A stretch of 64,000 nucleotides of DNA from Paraphysomonas bandaiensis (GCA_965644295.1 CBFFRP010000319.1:62001-126000); one strand, 5' to 3'; counted from the first letter of the stretch, positions 24,951-39,117 are shown. Numbers and translations are program-made. Notes: a model not told the origin generated them from the sequence alone.

Positions 24951-25939
24951 GCAGCAGAATAGCAGCTTTGTGAGAGTGTATATGGGTTGTGTTGTGCATG
25001 ACCACATGTGTGGCCACTGGAGTAGACCAGTCCATACCAGTAGTAATGCAGCAGATAATGCTACATAATAAAAAAAGATAAAACAAAATGATTGTTCATT
25101 CCATTTCTTGCACAGCATACTACTATTTCAACGGTTATTTCTGCTCAGTATCTACTTCTATATTCCTACGATATAAACAAAGCATTACTACTTAGAGACA
25201 CCTATGACATTAAAAAAGGAATACGAATATGCTATAAAACAATATACTGTAGAATGTACTTCAGAAAAGAATTGCAGAATTCATCACAACTACAATTACA
25301 GAGGATTAAAAAAACTGAAGGGTTTGCGACATAAACTAATGAAACCTTATCAATAGTATACCCACTTTTTATAATTGAAAGATTGATTAGTCTGAAAGTA
25401 TATCCCTGATCGAACACTTGTACAAATTTGATGCAATTGAACCCATCCCACTGGAGTGCTCCTGCTCGAGAAGGACCCATAATGTGATGTTAGTCTACTC
25501 CTTATCGAACCCTACGACAGTGATATAATGATGACATATAATCTATCTTATTCTAATTACTTATTCGCTTAGCAGAGATGGTTTTATATTTAGAACTGTG
25601 ATAAACATATTTGTCCACAGTGTCCATAATAACTGACTCATTCACACATATCCCTGCCTGTATGATACACAGATACTGCTGTATACAGTATACCGGTACA
25701 CACTGCTACATCTACGTGATCCCATCCACATACAGCAGTATACAACAGTAGATATAGTAATACATAGGTATACATATAGCATACAGCAGCCCATACTATC
25801 CCAACTGCATTGATACATACATACAGTACTTAAATGCAATGCCTTGAGAGTGTCTTACTATCAGCTACAGCAGTGTGTTATTACGAAGAGTGAGTATTGA
25901 TATATTAAGAATAACAGAGATAGTATCCAAACAATACAG

Positions 25940-27770
25940 ATGAACAGAGATGATATTATCAAGCAGAATATTGCCTTTATGTATGGCAGAAATCAAGCTG
26001 AAATGGTAAGCATCTAATTTCATTATAGTTATTGTTATTTATATTTTTGGAAGGCGAATGATCCGGACAAAAGAGCTTATGTACGAACCTCTCATCGCTA
26101 TGTTGAACGGGATATAATTAACTCCTTCACGAATGAATTTGACTATCTTGCTCCTGATTATCCATGTCCAGTATACTTATCAGGCGATGACGATCCGTAT
26201 CCATCTTACGAGCATGCCTTACAAGCATCTAAAACAGCCAACCGATCCCTCCGTGTACGCCTGAGAGAAATATCGGACATCAAGGAGCTGAAGCGAACTG
26301 TGGTAAAACAAGGTGATATAAGGCCTGATTGGAAAGAGACTAGTCCAGCTGTTGCCGAACAACTATTGAGGGATAAGTTTTTCAGGTACACATACAGTCG
26401 TGGTAGTTGTGTGGTACTGGGTAATAGTAATTTGAAGCATCGTTGCTGCGGTGACACTCAATTAATTGCAGTGTATGTTAGACATAAAGATCTTCAGAAG
26501 AAATTAATGAGTACGGAGCATCGCACGATTCAATTTGTAAATAATTTCGGTGACCAGTTCTGGGGGGTAACGCAGGATAAGCAGGGACGAAACAAGCTTG
26601 GTAGGTAATATGGATAGTACGCATGACATGCATAAATGACTTGAGAGTAATAATATGGTCATCTCATCTGATCGATTAGGCAAAGCCATTGAAAGTGTGC
26701 GATTGTGGTTCGAGAAGGGACTTATCCAGGACATGTGGTTGCGTGACCATTTCTCATTAGAGGATGGTGATAAGGTGTGCATTGATGTTCGCGCATATCG
26801 CGATGATGAAGAAGTTGTGGAAGACAGACAAACTATCGTGCGCAAGGCTGTTATTGAGATAGGGAAGCACGAAGATAATGATGTAGTTACTGGTCACCCG
26901 ACCACCTCTAGAAGGCACTCCCTTCTGCTAATTGACAAAAACAAAGGTCCCTTGCTAATTGACTTACATTCTGCAAACGGAACCTATATGGATGGCGCAC
27001 AGATTAAAGGAGCTTGTCCGACGAGTTTATCTTCTGGGGTCAGCGGTGTGTGTTTTGGAGCATCTCGAAAGCGCTATATATTCACAATCGACCTCAATGC
27101 CGACAACAGACGCAAGGAACAGCTATACATGAAGCTCTCCGACCCAGATGTTGCAAAAGAAGATGCTGCTGAAACGACAGTATTCTTGGGTAATCTGCCC
27201 TATACCTGCACGGAGGAGGATATTATTAACGCCTTCGGGTCTTGTGGGGCCATTCGTCAGCTCACAATACCTAAAGATAAGACTAGCGGTGAAGGAAGAG
27301 GTATCGCGTTCATCACATTTGAGACCTCGTCAGCAATGAGACAGGCACTCACTCGGGATGGGGATGACGTAGGTGGCAGGGCAGTCAAGGTCAAACGCAG
27401 TGAAGCAAAAGGGTCATCGAAACCCTCAGAGAAACCACCATCAAAAGGTAGCAAAGGATCTGAATCGGGTGGAGGAAGAAGTTACTATGAGGGCCCCAAG
27501 GAAGAGACTCGTCATGGAGGACGACCTGATAGGCAGGAAAGAACTCGAAGTATAAGTCATAGCCCTGATAGACGACGACAAAGGCGTAGTCGAAGCGGAA
27601 GTCGAAGTAGGAGTTCAGGGCGAAGACACAGTCGCACCCGAAGGAATAATAGAAGCAGAAGTCGAAGTGGATCTGTTGATGAATTTGGGAGGCGAGATAA
27701 GCGATCAAAGCCATCGCGAGATCGTAAGCGACAAAGGTCACGCTCGTCATCGTCGACATATTCTAGGTAG
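25940..27770 (+). CDS. NADAR(YbiA-like)-FHA-RRM-RS fusion protein, 4 exons (25940-26005, 26054-26385, 26482-26600, 26680-27770), 535 aa
   Basis: Canonical GT-AG joins keep frame (1608 nt). NADAR motifs YPSYEHALQASK, RPDW, DKFFRHKDLQKKL, DQFWG, GRNKLG/KAIESVR; FHA IGKH...SRRH...SANGT; RRM VFLGNL...RGIAFITF; RS tail. Confidence 0.85.
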
Positions 27771-28729
27771 ATAGTGTGCGCACCGATGAAAAAGAGTGCT
27801 ATTTTAGACTATGATAGTTAATATATAGTATCATTTTAAATTACAGTGGAGTTGCTGTATTCCTACATTCTGTCTCTATGGAATAGGTGTAATAATGAGT
27901 CGCTTTGGGTTATCTATAATCTATAAATGCTAATGCTATCATTCTTTAAAACTACGTACTTGCTTAAGCTACGTTTACTGATACTATTTCAAGTGCCTAT
28001 ACGGATGTACACTAGTATAAGCAGTACATACATTTGATACGATATATATATACCTTGAGTAGCATTTAACGTTTAGTATAGCATTGTCACATCATGAACT
28101 GGAGATGCAAGTTAAATTTCTTCGAGTAGTAGGGATGGCGGTATGACAAAAGTTAAGCTTCATTCCATAATACCATTAAACTATATATCGTAGTGACGTG
28201 ATTAAAATCAATCGATATGCTTCATTCAGTAATTACTGTATAATTCTCTTTATATTATATAATCCTCCTGCAAGACACGCTAATCAATATGATATGATGG
28301 TCATGTAACGTGTTTATGATGAGCATATGGAACATAATAAGCATGTAACAGCTTTACACCCTCAATCATTACAATAGAATGCTATTGATATGTTAATAAA
28401 TCTCTTATTGATAGTACTATACTGAAATAATATGCTTAAAGAGCTGATATGAATGCATATGCATATGCATATCTATGTATCTGTATATGAATCTTAAGGA
28501 TGGACGGACACCTGACTGTTACTCTTCTTAACTGATTTTTCTACATTGTGGAGTATTTAGTGCTATATTTCAGAGAATTTGGATATTCAAATCATATAAA
28601 ATACTAAAAAGCATGGTTTTTGTGAACTTTTCAACTAATTGTTGCTACAATAGAACACACAGCGATGAACTGCAGCATATATATATATATATACATATAT
28701 AGGCGGTGATATCAATACATTTCATCACT

Positions 28730-29426
28730 ATGGAATTGCTTTCATATGGTGACGATTCAGATGCATCTAACTCTGAAAACCATCCAGATGATAGCCATGA
28801 TGTAGAGGTAAGGACATGGTTAACGGATGATGAGAGTAGTGAGAGCAGTGGAGATGAGGGGAAACATACAGTTTCCACTGGAACCAAACCACATGGATTA
28901 ATATCTGCTGATGCTTTATTTTCACAAGCAAATGGAATGCCGTCTTATTTAAAGAAAGATTCAGTTAGTAGTGCGGAGCTGGACACTATAGGGGACAACA
29001 AGTAACTATACTCGTATTAGAATTTACTGTTCATGTGGTGCTTACTTTGTCCTATTCCAGAAAAGTAGTAGTTCCGAAGAAAAAAGCCGAGGTTATCTCT
29101 GCGAAGCCGACGTTAAAGACGCCAGATCCGTCCAATTTAGAATTCCCAGAACGTGTTGGCCGAGAAACCAAAGCCCATATACCAGAGCGTAGTACCGCGA
29201 CCAAACCAAAGGAATCATTGAAACGCAAAGGACAGTCTACTACAGCCAAGGTTTGGATACATTTTCTATTATGTAGTTATGGTGGAAGAATGCTCTTACT
29301 GATTCCGATGTATGTACTCAGGAGCGAGTAAAAAACCAGCGTGTCAGTGGACAGGCCGGGATAGGTTCAGATTTCAGAGAATGGCGATCAGAAGAAGAAA
29401 TGCGTTTACGACAGCAGTTTGACTAG
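28730..29426 (+). CDS. Small conserved hypothetical protein, 3 exons
   Basis: Acidic/Ser N-terminus, LISADALF, C-terminal KERVKNQRVSGQ...WRSEEEMRLRQQFD*; clean GT-AG introns. Confidence 0.7.
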
Positions 29427-29847
29427 GTTGTATATTCATATCCTTTGAATGTGTGGTTCACGTAGATGTTTATACCACATATCAGTACATATGTATTTAT
29501 AATTTATAACATCTATGGTATTTTCGAAGAAATGTGCATCGGTCACTGATATATTGCACGAAGCAGCCTTTACAGACTAGATAGATTGTGTAATCGATAG
29601 ACCTTTCTGCGTCACCAAAAATATATCAAGAAATAGTAATTCCCGTACTGAATAGTGAATAGCTGGCCTTTATCACGATGACTTTAGAACGAAGAAATCA
29701 ATATAGGGATTTCTGTATGTATCGAATATTGATTGTGTAGAGTGTGAAGTAGGAGTGTTATGATATTAAAATGTTATCCATCCCCATTTTGTGTTTTTGA
29801 CTTGAATTTGGTTCAACAGAACGTTCATATTAGCAACATTTCAATTA

Positions 29848-30325
29848 TGTTCTGGGAGATAAGTACCGGAGATATTTCTCTGGGAAACTAACGTGAACCG
29901 CATATATAGATATATAGTATATAGTCAGCAGATAATTTTCTGCCCACTCATAGCTTACTAATGCTTGTGTGGTACAAGGTACAAGGGACACTAATATAAG
30001 TGTCACCTGTGTAGACGTTTTTGGGCCTTGACGAATAAACATACACCCGGAAATAGGCCCACCTCAAGAAGGGTAACCGGGGTATTGGGCTGCCTGCTGA
30101 AGTCAAGCATCCGGGATGTTCACCTTAAGGACTCAAAAATCCTGAAGTCAATAGATGTCAGGTATATCAACATTCTGCTTGCTCACTACGTTTGCTTTGT
30201 AGGGTGATAGTGCGAAAGTGGTTCTACCTTGACGCTTGCGGTGACATACAAGCAGCTTTCGTAGCGTTAAATAGTAGGATATCAGAGTAAAGCACTAGTT
30301 AGTTAATACTAAATTAGTTCTGACT
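29848..30325 (-). mobile_element. Dispersed repeat family A, copy 4
   Basis: Near full length; colinear with 38640-39117. Confidence 0.9.
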
Positions 30326-30750
30326 CTTAAATAGGGCTCTCAGTACTTACTACTATAGTATTGTAAAGTGACCATGGATAACGTTTAAAATACTAAGTTA
30401 TCTTCCACGAGGAGTAGCTACAAAATATGATCACGGGACGATATAGCTTCCTTATAACCCGTGGTGAAATATAACTATACAGTTTCCCTGAAAGTATTAG
30501 ATAACGATAGAACAAATGTAAGCAGCTACACTACAAGCCAATATTTACGTGCACGTGACATGTAATTATTCTTACTGACATTGCGACACAACACGCTAAA
30601 ATTGTTCTAGCATTACATGCATATCCTGGTTGCATGAAGAAATGGTCCACTAGTGACTATCTCCGTGTGATAACAAACTAAAGGTTAGCATTGAGAATAT
30701 AAACATATAGTGACGAAATATGAGCTGATCCAAGGCACAGTATATTATCT

Positions 30751-33700
30751 CTACTCCATAACTTCACTATCAATATGATCCATGATATCGTCAGCATTCA
30801 TGATAAGAGACTCACAGAGTGACCTCAGCTGACTCTCGAGCTTTTTAATGCTCTCCTTCTGTATATCCAGCTCCCTCCATGCCTCCCGAAGATCCGCCCT
30901 CGAGGCAGTCAACGGTTTCGAATAATTATTACCCGCACCTGAAGTAGTGCGCTGTTTATCTCCTCCAGCTGACATAGAGTGGCGAATTGCAGTAGTACGT
31001 ACACTTCGGCGTGCCTTAACAGTACTTGGAGTTGGGGGTGGAAGATGGTTTTTAGAAGTTGGTGTCGAATTTTTGACAGGAAACCCTAGCATCTCCATAA
31101 CTTCGTTCACATTGGTGCGACTTCCGCCCTCTAAGGCAGCTTCCAAGGCCTTCTTCTGTAATGCCATTGTTTTTGAATCCTTGCGAAGATCATTCATTTC
31201 CTTCGTCAACATTACATTTTCACGCATCATTTTGCTCAGGTCACGTTTGTGCAGCTCAGCATCTGTACGAAGAGACTTCCGAAGAGCATCCAAACTACGC
31301 TCCATTTGCTCTCGGTCTCTATTATACTGACGCTGTGGGCCCTCTGCATCGCCTTTCCCACCCCCTTCCAGGGCAAGAACATCTTCTTGTACATACACAC
31401 GGTAGAGTTGAACAACCTTAGCTTTCATCAAGTTGTAGTCGTCTTTCACTGCCCATGCCTCTTGCAAGTCACGCATGAAGCGCTCCAGAAGCTTCGAGTT
31501 TACGTCGACACGAGCAGTCTGAGCCAACAGTTCTTTACGTAACCCTTCCAGCTTTAGCTTTAGCTCGCCTACACAAACAACTTAAGCAGAGATACCATAC
31601 AAGATTAGGGACTGACCTATCATTAAATTCAGCGCGAGGTTACTCTTATGATATTGCTCCAATTCAAGATCCATATCTTCAATTTGTCTCTGCATTATAG
31701 TGATTTCATTTTCTCGAGGCGCAATTTGTAACTTCAGCTCCTTGATTTTGTAATCGAGAACAAAGCGGAATTTTTCCAATTCCTATAGTAGAAATTAGCT
31801 CTAATGGTACGGCGCATTCATGAAACGAACCTGGTTTTTCTTCTTCAAATCAAATATACGTTTTTCTTTGTCAGTAATAGTTTCTTCTCGCTCTCTAATA
31901 GTACATCATTAGCGAGAACACGAATACGGAGGGTAATACAACACACCTAATTTCCTTCTTATGACTCTGAATATCTTTTTCCAGAGATCGAATCGTCTCA
32001 ATAAGGCGAACCTCCTTCTCTCGTAAACGTTTGATGTCATCACGGTGACTTTCAGAGTCCTTGTTTAGCATCTAAATATACATAAATATTATTATTTGAT
32101 GAAACCAGTTTCCATCACTAACTTGGAGGTTTTTCTTCATTACTGCATGATCTGCCATAAGGGCAACACTGGTTTCCTCCTCTTGCTTCAGACGAAGTTC
32201 AAACCTACACAATTACGCCAATCAATGTGGAACACTTTCGAAGAAATAAAATACCTTGTTTTCATATCGTCAATCTCATGATCCGCGTCAAACTCAATAT
32301 TACCACGCATTCTATCGTAGTCCGTCTGAAAATTCATAACATGAGATAAAAATTCCAGAAATGTGTCGTTCAAAAGTGCACGCGACAGTACAGATACCAC
32401 AGCATAAACAAATGCATTTTCCTACATTTCATACAATAAATTTCCGCGACATCAATACCTGTAACTGGGTTTTCTCCTGCTGAAGATTTCTTTGTGCTTG
32501 GTGCTCTTCGTTAAGTTTGGACTCGTATTCTTCCGTGAGTCGAGCGAGATACGCCTGATGACCTTCCACAAGCTCATTATTTTCCTCATTCCACTTCTTG
32601 TGGGACGCCTCTATCTCCTCTGCCAGCTGCTGATGCCTTGAACTCTCCACAGCGAGCTTCGCCTTGTATCTGTTTTCCACATTTTCCAAGTCTTTCTCAT
32701 GCCTCTGCTCTAGAGCAGTCAGCTGCTGCTTAAACTCTCTCTCAGCTTCATGTTTTTCATTAAGATAAGACTCATAGGAGTCACTTTCCTGTCGCAACTG
32801 AGCGGTGAACCGCTCTGTTATCTCTTGTATCCTGTCTTTGTGCTCCAATTCCTTTAATCGAAGTTGATGCTCATTATTAAGTGTCAATTCTTCGACCCTA
32901 AGAGAGAGCTCATTCGCTTTAAACCGTCTGGCATCGAGGTCGCTCTTTCGTACTAGAATCTCCTCTGTAAAATCATTCGATATAATTCCTGTGCAGCATC
33001 GTTAAAATATACAACATTACAAAACATACAGCTAACAAATACCTTCTCGGATCTTCGGTATACTACTCCTAGATCCTTCTATTTCCGACACTATAATATT
33101 CCCGAGCACATCACCAGTTATTAGCAGACAACCGTCTTTCGATATACACATGGTGGTTATAGGACAGCTATGTAACGGCATGACTTCAAAGCTGGGAGCA
33201 AGCGACGGATTCGTCATCACGGAATATATACATCCTGGCCCATCTTGGTCTCCTGTGCCCATGAACACTATTTTGTTGGATTCATCGATAGCCATCACAG
33301 ATATATAACGATCCAAAGCTAAATCTTTCGGCTCCTTAGCCATTAACTCCTGACCAGTATTCGCATCGAAAGTCTTTTTAATAGGAATCTCCTTCAGCTG
33401 CTTTTCATTTGAGCAAGTGTATGCTTTCGATCCATCTGGTAGTGCTGTTCCAGCTGTGACAGGGACTACTCCAATAAAGGAATCTGAACTCCTGTTGCCC
33501 GTATAAGCTTCCCAGAAGTAGACCGTTCCTTCTTGCCCAATTGTCATCAATTTTGAATCAAAGTGAAGCCATACTATAGAGCGGACCTTGGCTGTATGTC
33601 CCCTAAGAGTGGAAACTACTGCACCAGAGTAAGTATTAAAGACCAGCACGTTGGCACCATTAACGGCGGCGATGTACTGTCCACCTTTGGAGAACCTAAT

Positions 33701-35014
33701 TTCTGTGCAGCCCCGCACATTGAACTCCCTGCTGACACATATGTCGTCCAGGAGAATAGAAGCAACACGAATCTTATCAACGAAAGCAATAACGACGTAC
33801 AGACCGCTGGGATGTACAGAGAGTGCACAAGGTTCTTCAGGGAAGTACTTTGTGATTTCTATCCGGCGGTCGGTGAGATTCCACACACGTACAGTGTTGT
33901 CCTTCGCGCAAGTAACCATGATTGGTTTCCATAGAGCTACGTCAATTCCTGTAATAGCAGCCTCTCCTCCAGGGGGATATTTGTGAAACCCAGTGAATAG
34001 ATAATCGAAGCCACTATTCCCTCCACTTTCTTTCGACACGTTCGAGTTTGTAAGACTGAACTGATACATCTGTTGAGTATCTGCAGCACAAACCAAGGCA
34101 TCATCAGCAGTCACGCAAATGCATACGATTCCTCCTTCAGCTTTGGGAAGTGTAAATGTTTCCTCTTTTTTATACTGCTCCTTGGTATCTTCTTCAGCTG
34201 TGAAGGACCACATCTCTCCGGCAGTTGTGCCCACTACGAATCCTTTAGATATCGGAGCAATGCTCAGGATAGGCGATGGATCAGAGGAGTCAGAGGCAAG
34301 AGGATGAACAACCGCTCGAAATTCCAGGCCTTCAAGAAGAAGTACTTCACCTCCTGCAGTGCCCAACAAAAGTTTATCATCCCATAGCCAGGTGTGTGAA
34401 ATAAAGTTCGCCTGGTCACGACGCACATTCACGCTAACTGGACGCATTTGACCTTCTGACACCCGGAAAATGCGAACCAAGCCCTTACCAATAACTAGAA
34501 TAACATTACAGTCCCATGGACAAAAAGAAACTTGATTGACCGGGTTTTCGTCAGAAAGTGATATTTTTACACAACCAATCACTTTAACTGACTTCTCCAC
34601 ATTCCACAGAACAAGATTCCATTCAGGCCCAGCACCCTGGGTTAAGCACAATCTACCATCATGAGAAAACGCCATTGCCCTGATTTCTTTAGATCCAAGC
34701 TCACTGTATTGAAGAACTTTTCTTCGGCGCAAGGATTGGGAATCATAGAATGCAACTGTACCCACCGGTTCCACCACCTCAGCCACAGCAATGGTCTTCT
34801 TGGGGATAGAGGATGCAATCGCCGATATTCCAAGCGATTGATATGCTTGTGTTGTCCCTGAAATAAAAGTTTGTTCTTTTGTTTCTGTGTTCATAACAAC
34901 CACTTGATGACCACATACATACACCAGCTGATGATCATCAGAAAAACACAAACAATTCTTTATCTTCGTATTCAGCCCGAAGGCATGCTTGACGACTACC
35001 TTTCCTAAACTCAT
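30751..35014 (-). CDS. CFAP57: Cilia- and flagella-associated protein 57 (WDR65), multi-exon
   Basis: N-terminal WD40 repeats ([18 protein letters not shown]), C-terminal coiled coil with [21 protein letters not shown] and [16 protein letters not shown]. Confidence 0.9.
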
Positions 35015-35841
35015 TTCCCACCAGATTAATGATAATTCAGGGGGTTGAAGTAGCTAGACTATAATAGAAGCTAATTCATTCAATCTTATACTAATAGTGC
35101 AGTTGAATGCTGCTTATCAATCTGACTGCTATGAACATGTATGTGTATATATAGAGAATTAAGCACCAGTTTTTTTAACTATAAACCGTTGCATCATAAG
35201 TATTAAAAAAAACTGAAACCGGCTGTCGAAGATTTGAATAAAAACTGAAAAAGAAAAGGTGTGTCTTCACCAGCAGCAGTGTAAAGTACTACACTTGTAG
35301 GGGAAATTAAAATACGAGTTGTTGGAGTACGCACTGCTGTTGTGTATATATGGACCATAAAATATTGTGTACGATCGTATGTATATGTGAGTGAGAGGCA
35401 CTCTGGACCTATACACTCTACCAGTATACACTATACACTCTACAGGTATACGATACATACATACATACATACATACTATACACACAACACCCAGCATATA
35501 TATACATATACATATACATATACAGCATATAGCTCTATGTATATATATGCCTCAGGAGATTTTATTAATTCCATAATAGTCCATTCAGGACAATACACAT
35601 ATCCAGATATCACGTTCATCACAAGTGATACGTGATTAATAACTTGGGCCCTAAACCATTGAATGGCCTCATACAATAGCAGAGATAAGCTCAATTACTT
35701 CAAACATAATAGACAAGCAGCTGATAGTCAGGTAATCGATATTAAGATCATAATATCACTGTGTAAGACATTTTTATATAGGAAGAAATTGATATAAATA
35801 AATATTATTATAATCGTGAAGGAGTGAATTCAGTAGAACAC

Positions 35842-37750
35842 ATGCAACAACATTTATCAGGTGATACTAGAGGACATAATGGGTATATGCCTGGTGCACC
35901 ATATAGCATGCACCAGCAACGTAAGTCTTATACATGTGATTGAGCTAAGCATAACATTATTCTATCTATTAGCACAACATAGTCAACAAAGACCAACAAT
36001 GCCTTCAATGGTAAATATTTTTGATTATTTTAAAGTTGTATTTGTAATTTCGTTTACAATGCCAGGTTGGTCGAAGTCAAAGCGGTGGTATGTCAATAGG
36101 GGGAGACAGTCATTACATGGGAAATGGACCGCATATGCAACAAAGAGGGGCGTCGTATGGAGGTACTACTGCGTATCACCTGTTCGCGCGTTACGAATAT
36201 TACATTGCTGTTCATAGGAATGCCTCCGCCGAATCAGGGTGGTATGGGAATGAACATGGGTGGAGGAGTGTACCCACGTATGGGGGGGGATATGATGGGC
36301 GGTGGGAATGGTCCGCATGCTTCCCAGATGGGGATGGGGTACGGTCAACAACGTGCTATTTCAGAGCCTTCCATGTCATATGACACCAACAATTTCCCGG
36401 CGCTACACGGCCAGCCTCAGCAACTGCGATTTCCCGGTGGTGGTGGTGGGTCGCATTCTGCTCATAATGTCCCTCCCTCTCAACGTGAAGAAGAGTTTAC
36501 TATCCATAATGAGGAATTTCCCGCGCTACCCAGCACTCAAGGAAAAGGTCGAAATGATGGTTCCAGTGGTCAAGAAGAGCAGCAACAGAATACGCAGCTA
36601 CATGCACAGCAATCAGATAACCAGGCCGGGTCACAACACGGGCAGCAGCAGGGGCAAAGTCAGTACGGGACACCGCGTTTAGCAGGCGCATCTCCCCCTT
36701 TACCTCCACAGGCCTCACCACTTCAGCAACCCCAACCAATGAAATCTCCACAACTTCAGGCTTCCCCAGCGGGAGGAGGCGGCGTAGGAATCGGGTTCGG
36801 GAATGCGATGGGGCATGTCCCGTCTTCTCCTGGACTTTACCCTGCAGGAAATACACGATCTTCAGCCCCCGGAGGTGCACCGGGTAATCCATCTAGCCGC
36901 CCACCAAGTGTACCAGTATCACCCCGTTTAACTGGAACAGACTCCGGTCCATCTGGTGATGCAAAGTACGGTCTGATGGGTTTGTTGGACGTCATAAAGA
37001 TGACAGATAGGGTACGTTCTTACCTTGCTATATTTGTTCGTTTTACATAATATGAACTCTTCGTAAGTATCACGAGGCTGCGTTTTTTATAAATGTTGAA
37101 GCACATATTTAAGTACTGTATTAACGTGTGCGGAATTTTTGCAGGATTTAAATTCATTATCTCTGGGTTCAGACCTAACTACATTCGGCCTTAACCTCAA
37201 TTCCACTGAGAGTCTGTACACGACATTCACAGGTCCATTCGCAGATCAGACCTCATCCAATGAACCACAGTTTACCACTCCCCAGTGTTATCTCATGCAT
37301 CCGCCCTCCCTTAAACCTGATCACCTTACTAAGTTCCAGTTAGAGACGCTGTTCTATATGTTCTACGCGATGCCCAGGGACATATTACAAACCACTGCTG
37401 CGGTTGAACTGTATCGACGGGAGTGGCGGTACCACGGCGAGCTCCGGGTCTGGTTTAAACCACGCAGCCCGCAGGAGCAGATTCAAGGACACCCTGGCGT
37501 TCAGTATGTTTATTTTGATATGGCAGCTTGGGAAACGCGGCTGTTCACAAGCGCTACACGGGCCCCAATCGCTGCGGGGTTCTTGTCGGGTAAGCTGCGG
37601 TTGTAGTGTTGTGATATGAGATATGTGTGTATTTATAATACTTGGGCATGTTCTAATATAATGCGACTTTGTGTAGATGAGGAAATTCGTCAAAAGCCAC
37701 AGTCAGGGGCATCCCATGCGTCAACGAGTGGATCCACCGCAACATCATAA
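35842..37750 (+). CDS. NOT2: CCR4-NOT subunit NOT2, multi-exon
   Basis: EEFPALP, KYGLMGLLDVIK, LGSDLTTFGLNLNS, LETLFYMFYAMPRD, LYRREWRYH. Confidence 0.9.
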
Positions 37751-38639
37751 GAATATTACATGCAGGCTCTAAATCTAGAGCTTGATACAGAGTACATGTA
37801 GCAGTAGCAAGCACTTGTTCTGGGCGATATGATTATCTTCCAATTAGTTTATGAGTTCATTTTTCGAGGGGTGTGGATGTGGACAACAGGAGTGGGTTGC
37901 TTGTGTAGTGGGACTATCCTCAGCATACTTCTAGATTCGTCTGAACAGTTCAAACCCTCTAATATATTTAGTTATTACGTGCTCACTTTCATAGACATTT
38001 GTGTGAGGTATGAATAGCGTTGCAGAACTTGTGAATTCATGTGTAATATAAGAACGGTCGGGTGTGATTTCACTCTTCGATTGGCGAAGACCACTACTGC
38101 CACAAGTATAGTGCGCTGTTACACTGCATACTGCGTCATAGATGACTGGAAGATTCAGAAATCCTTCCTATATTAGTTACGTTCTATAAGCGGCTGGTAT
38201 TTGAATCACACAGCCCTCTAGAACTTGTGAAGGACGATATAATATGACATTAGCTATAAGAACAGATCGTATTCTAGATTTTCTGAACAGAAGCCATTAT
38301 TGGGTCTAGTAAATAAAATTGACTTATGTAATTTCCAAGTCACGCCAAGAATAGTGTAATACCTAGTCAAGGGGTTGAAAATCTAGTCATTAAATGTTTC
38401 ATATTTTCAGTTTACTATGGCTAGTATGACTAGGTGTTCATAAATCAATTAATGAATGAAAGTATTAAAGTATATAATATATAATATCACTTTAATAGCG
38501 TGACTAAGTTGAATACTCTTTGTGAAAATAGAATCTTATGCAAGTATAAATAGTGTTAGCATGTATGTATGTATTGCAAAGAATAATGCTATTACATATA
38601 AAATGGTCATTGAGATATAAAGATATAGTCCCTCAACAC

Positions 38640-39117
38640 AGTCGGACTCGCACCATTTCGTGGTGTTCTGGGGAATAAGTAACGTGAGCCGCACATAGTC
38701 AGCAGATAACTTTCTGCCCCCTCATAGCCTACTAATGCTTGTGTGGTACAAGGGACATTAATAAGTGTTAGTTATGTAGTAGACGTCTTTGGGACCTGAC
38801 AAATAAATAGGCATCCGAAAATGGGCCCACCTCAAGGGCATCCAGGACAGGGCCCACCTCAAGGGTAACCGGGGTACTGTGCTGCCTGCTGAAGTCAAGC
38901 ATCCGGGATGTTCACCTTAACGACTCAAATATCCTGAAGTCAGTGAATATCAGGTATATCAACATTCTGCTTGCTCACTGCGTTTGCTTTGTAGAGTGAT
39001 ACAGCAGAAGTGGTTGCACCTTGGTGCTTGCGGTGACGCACAAGCACTGTTCGTAGCGTTAAATAGTAGGATATCAGAGTAAAGCACTAGTTGGTTAATA
39101 CTAAATTAGTTCCGACT
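38640..39117 (-). mobile_element. Dispersed repeat family A, copy 5 (apparently full length)
   Basis: Bounded by inverted AGTCGGA...TCCGACT; internal tandem duplication of GGGCCCACCTCAAGGG (38823, 38850). Confidence 0.9.

Noticed and set aside
30180-30300. Family A core as a hammerhead ribozyme or Fanzor/IscB omegaRNA
   Set aside because: CTGATAT...CGAAA does not match the CUGAnGA core, the stems do not form, and no RuvC nuclease ORF is adjacent.
35267-35694. Short ORFs in the CFAP57/NOT2 intergenic region
   Set aside because: Products of TA/TACA microsatellite-like promoter sequence with no coding signal.
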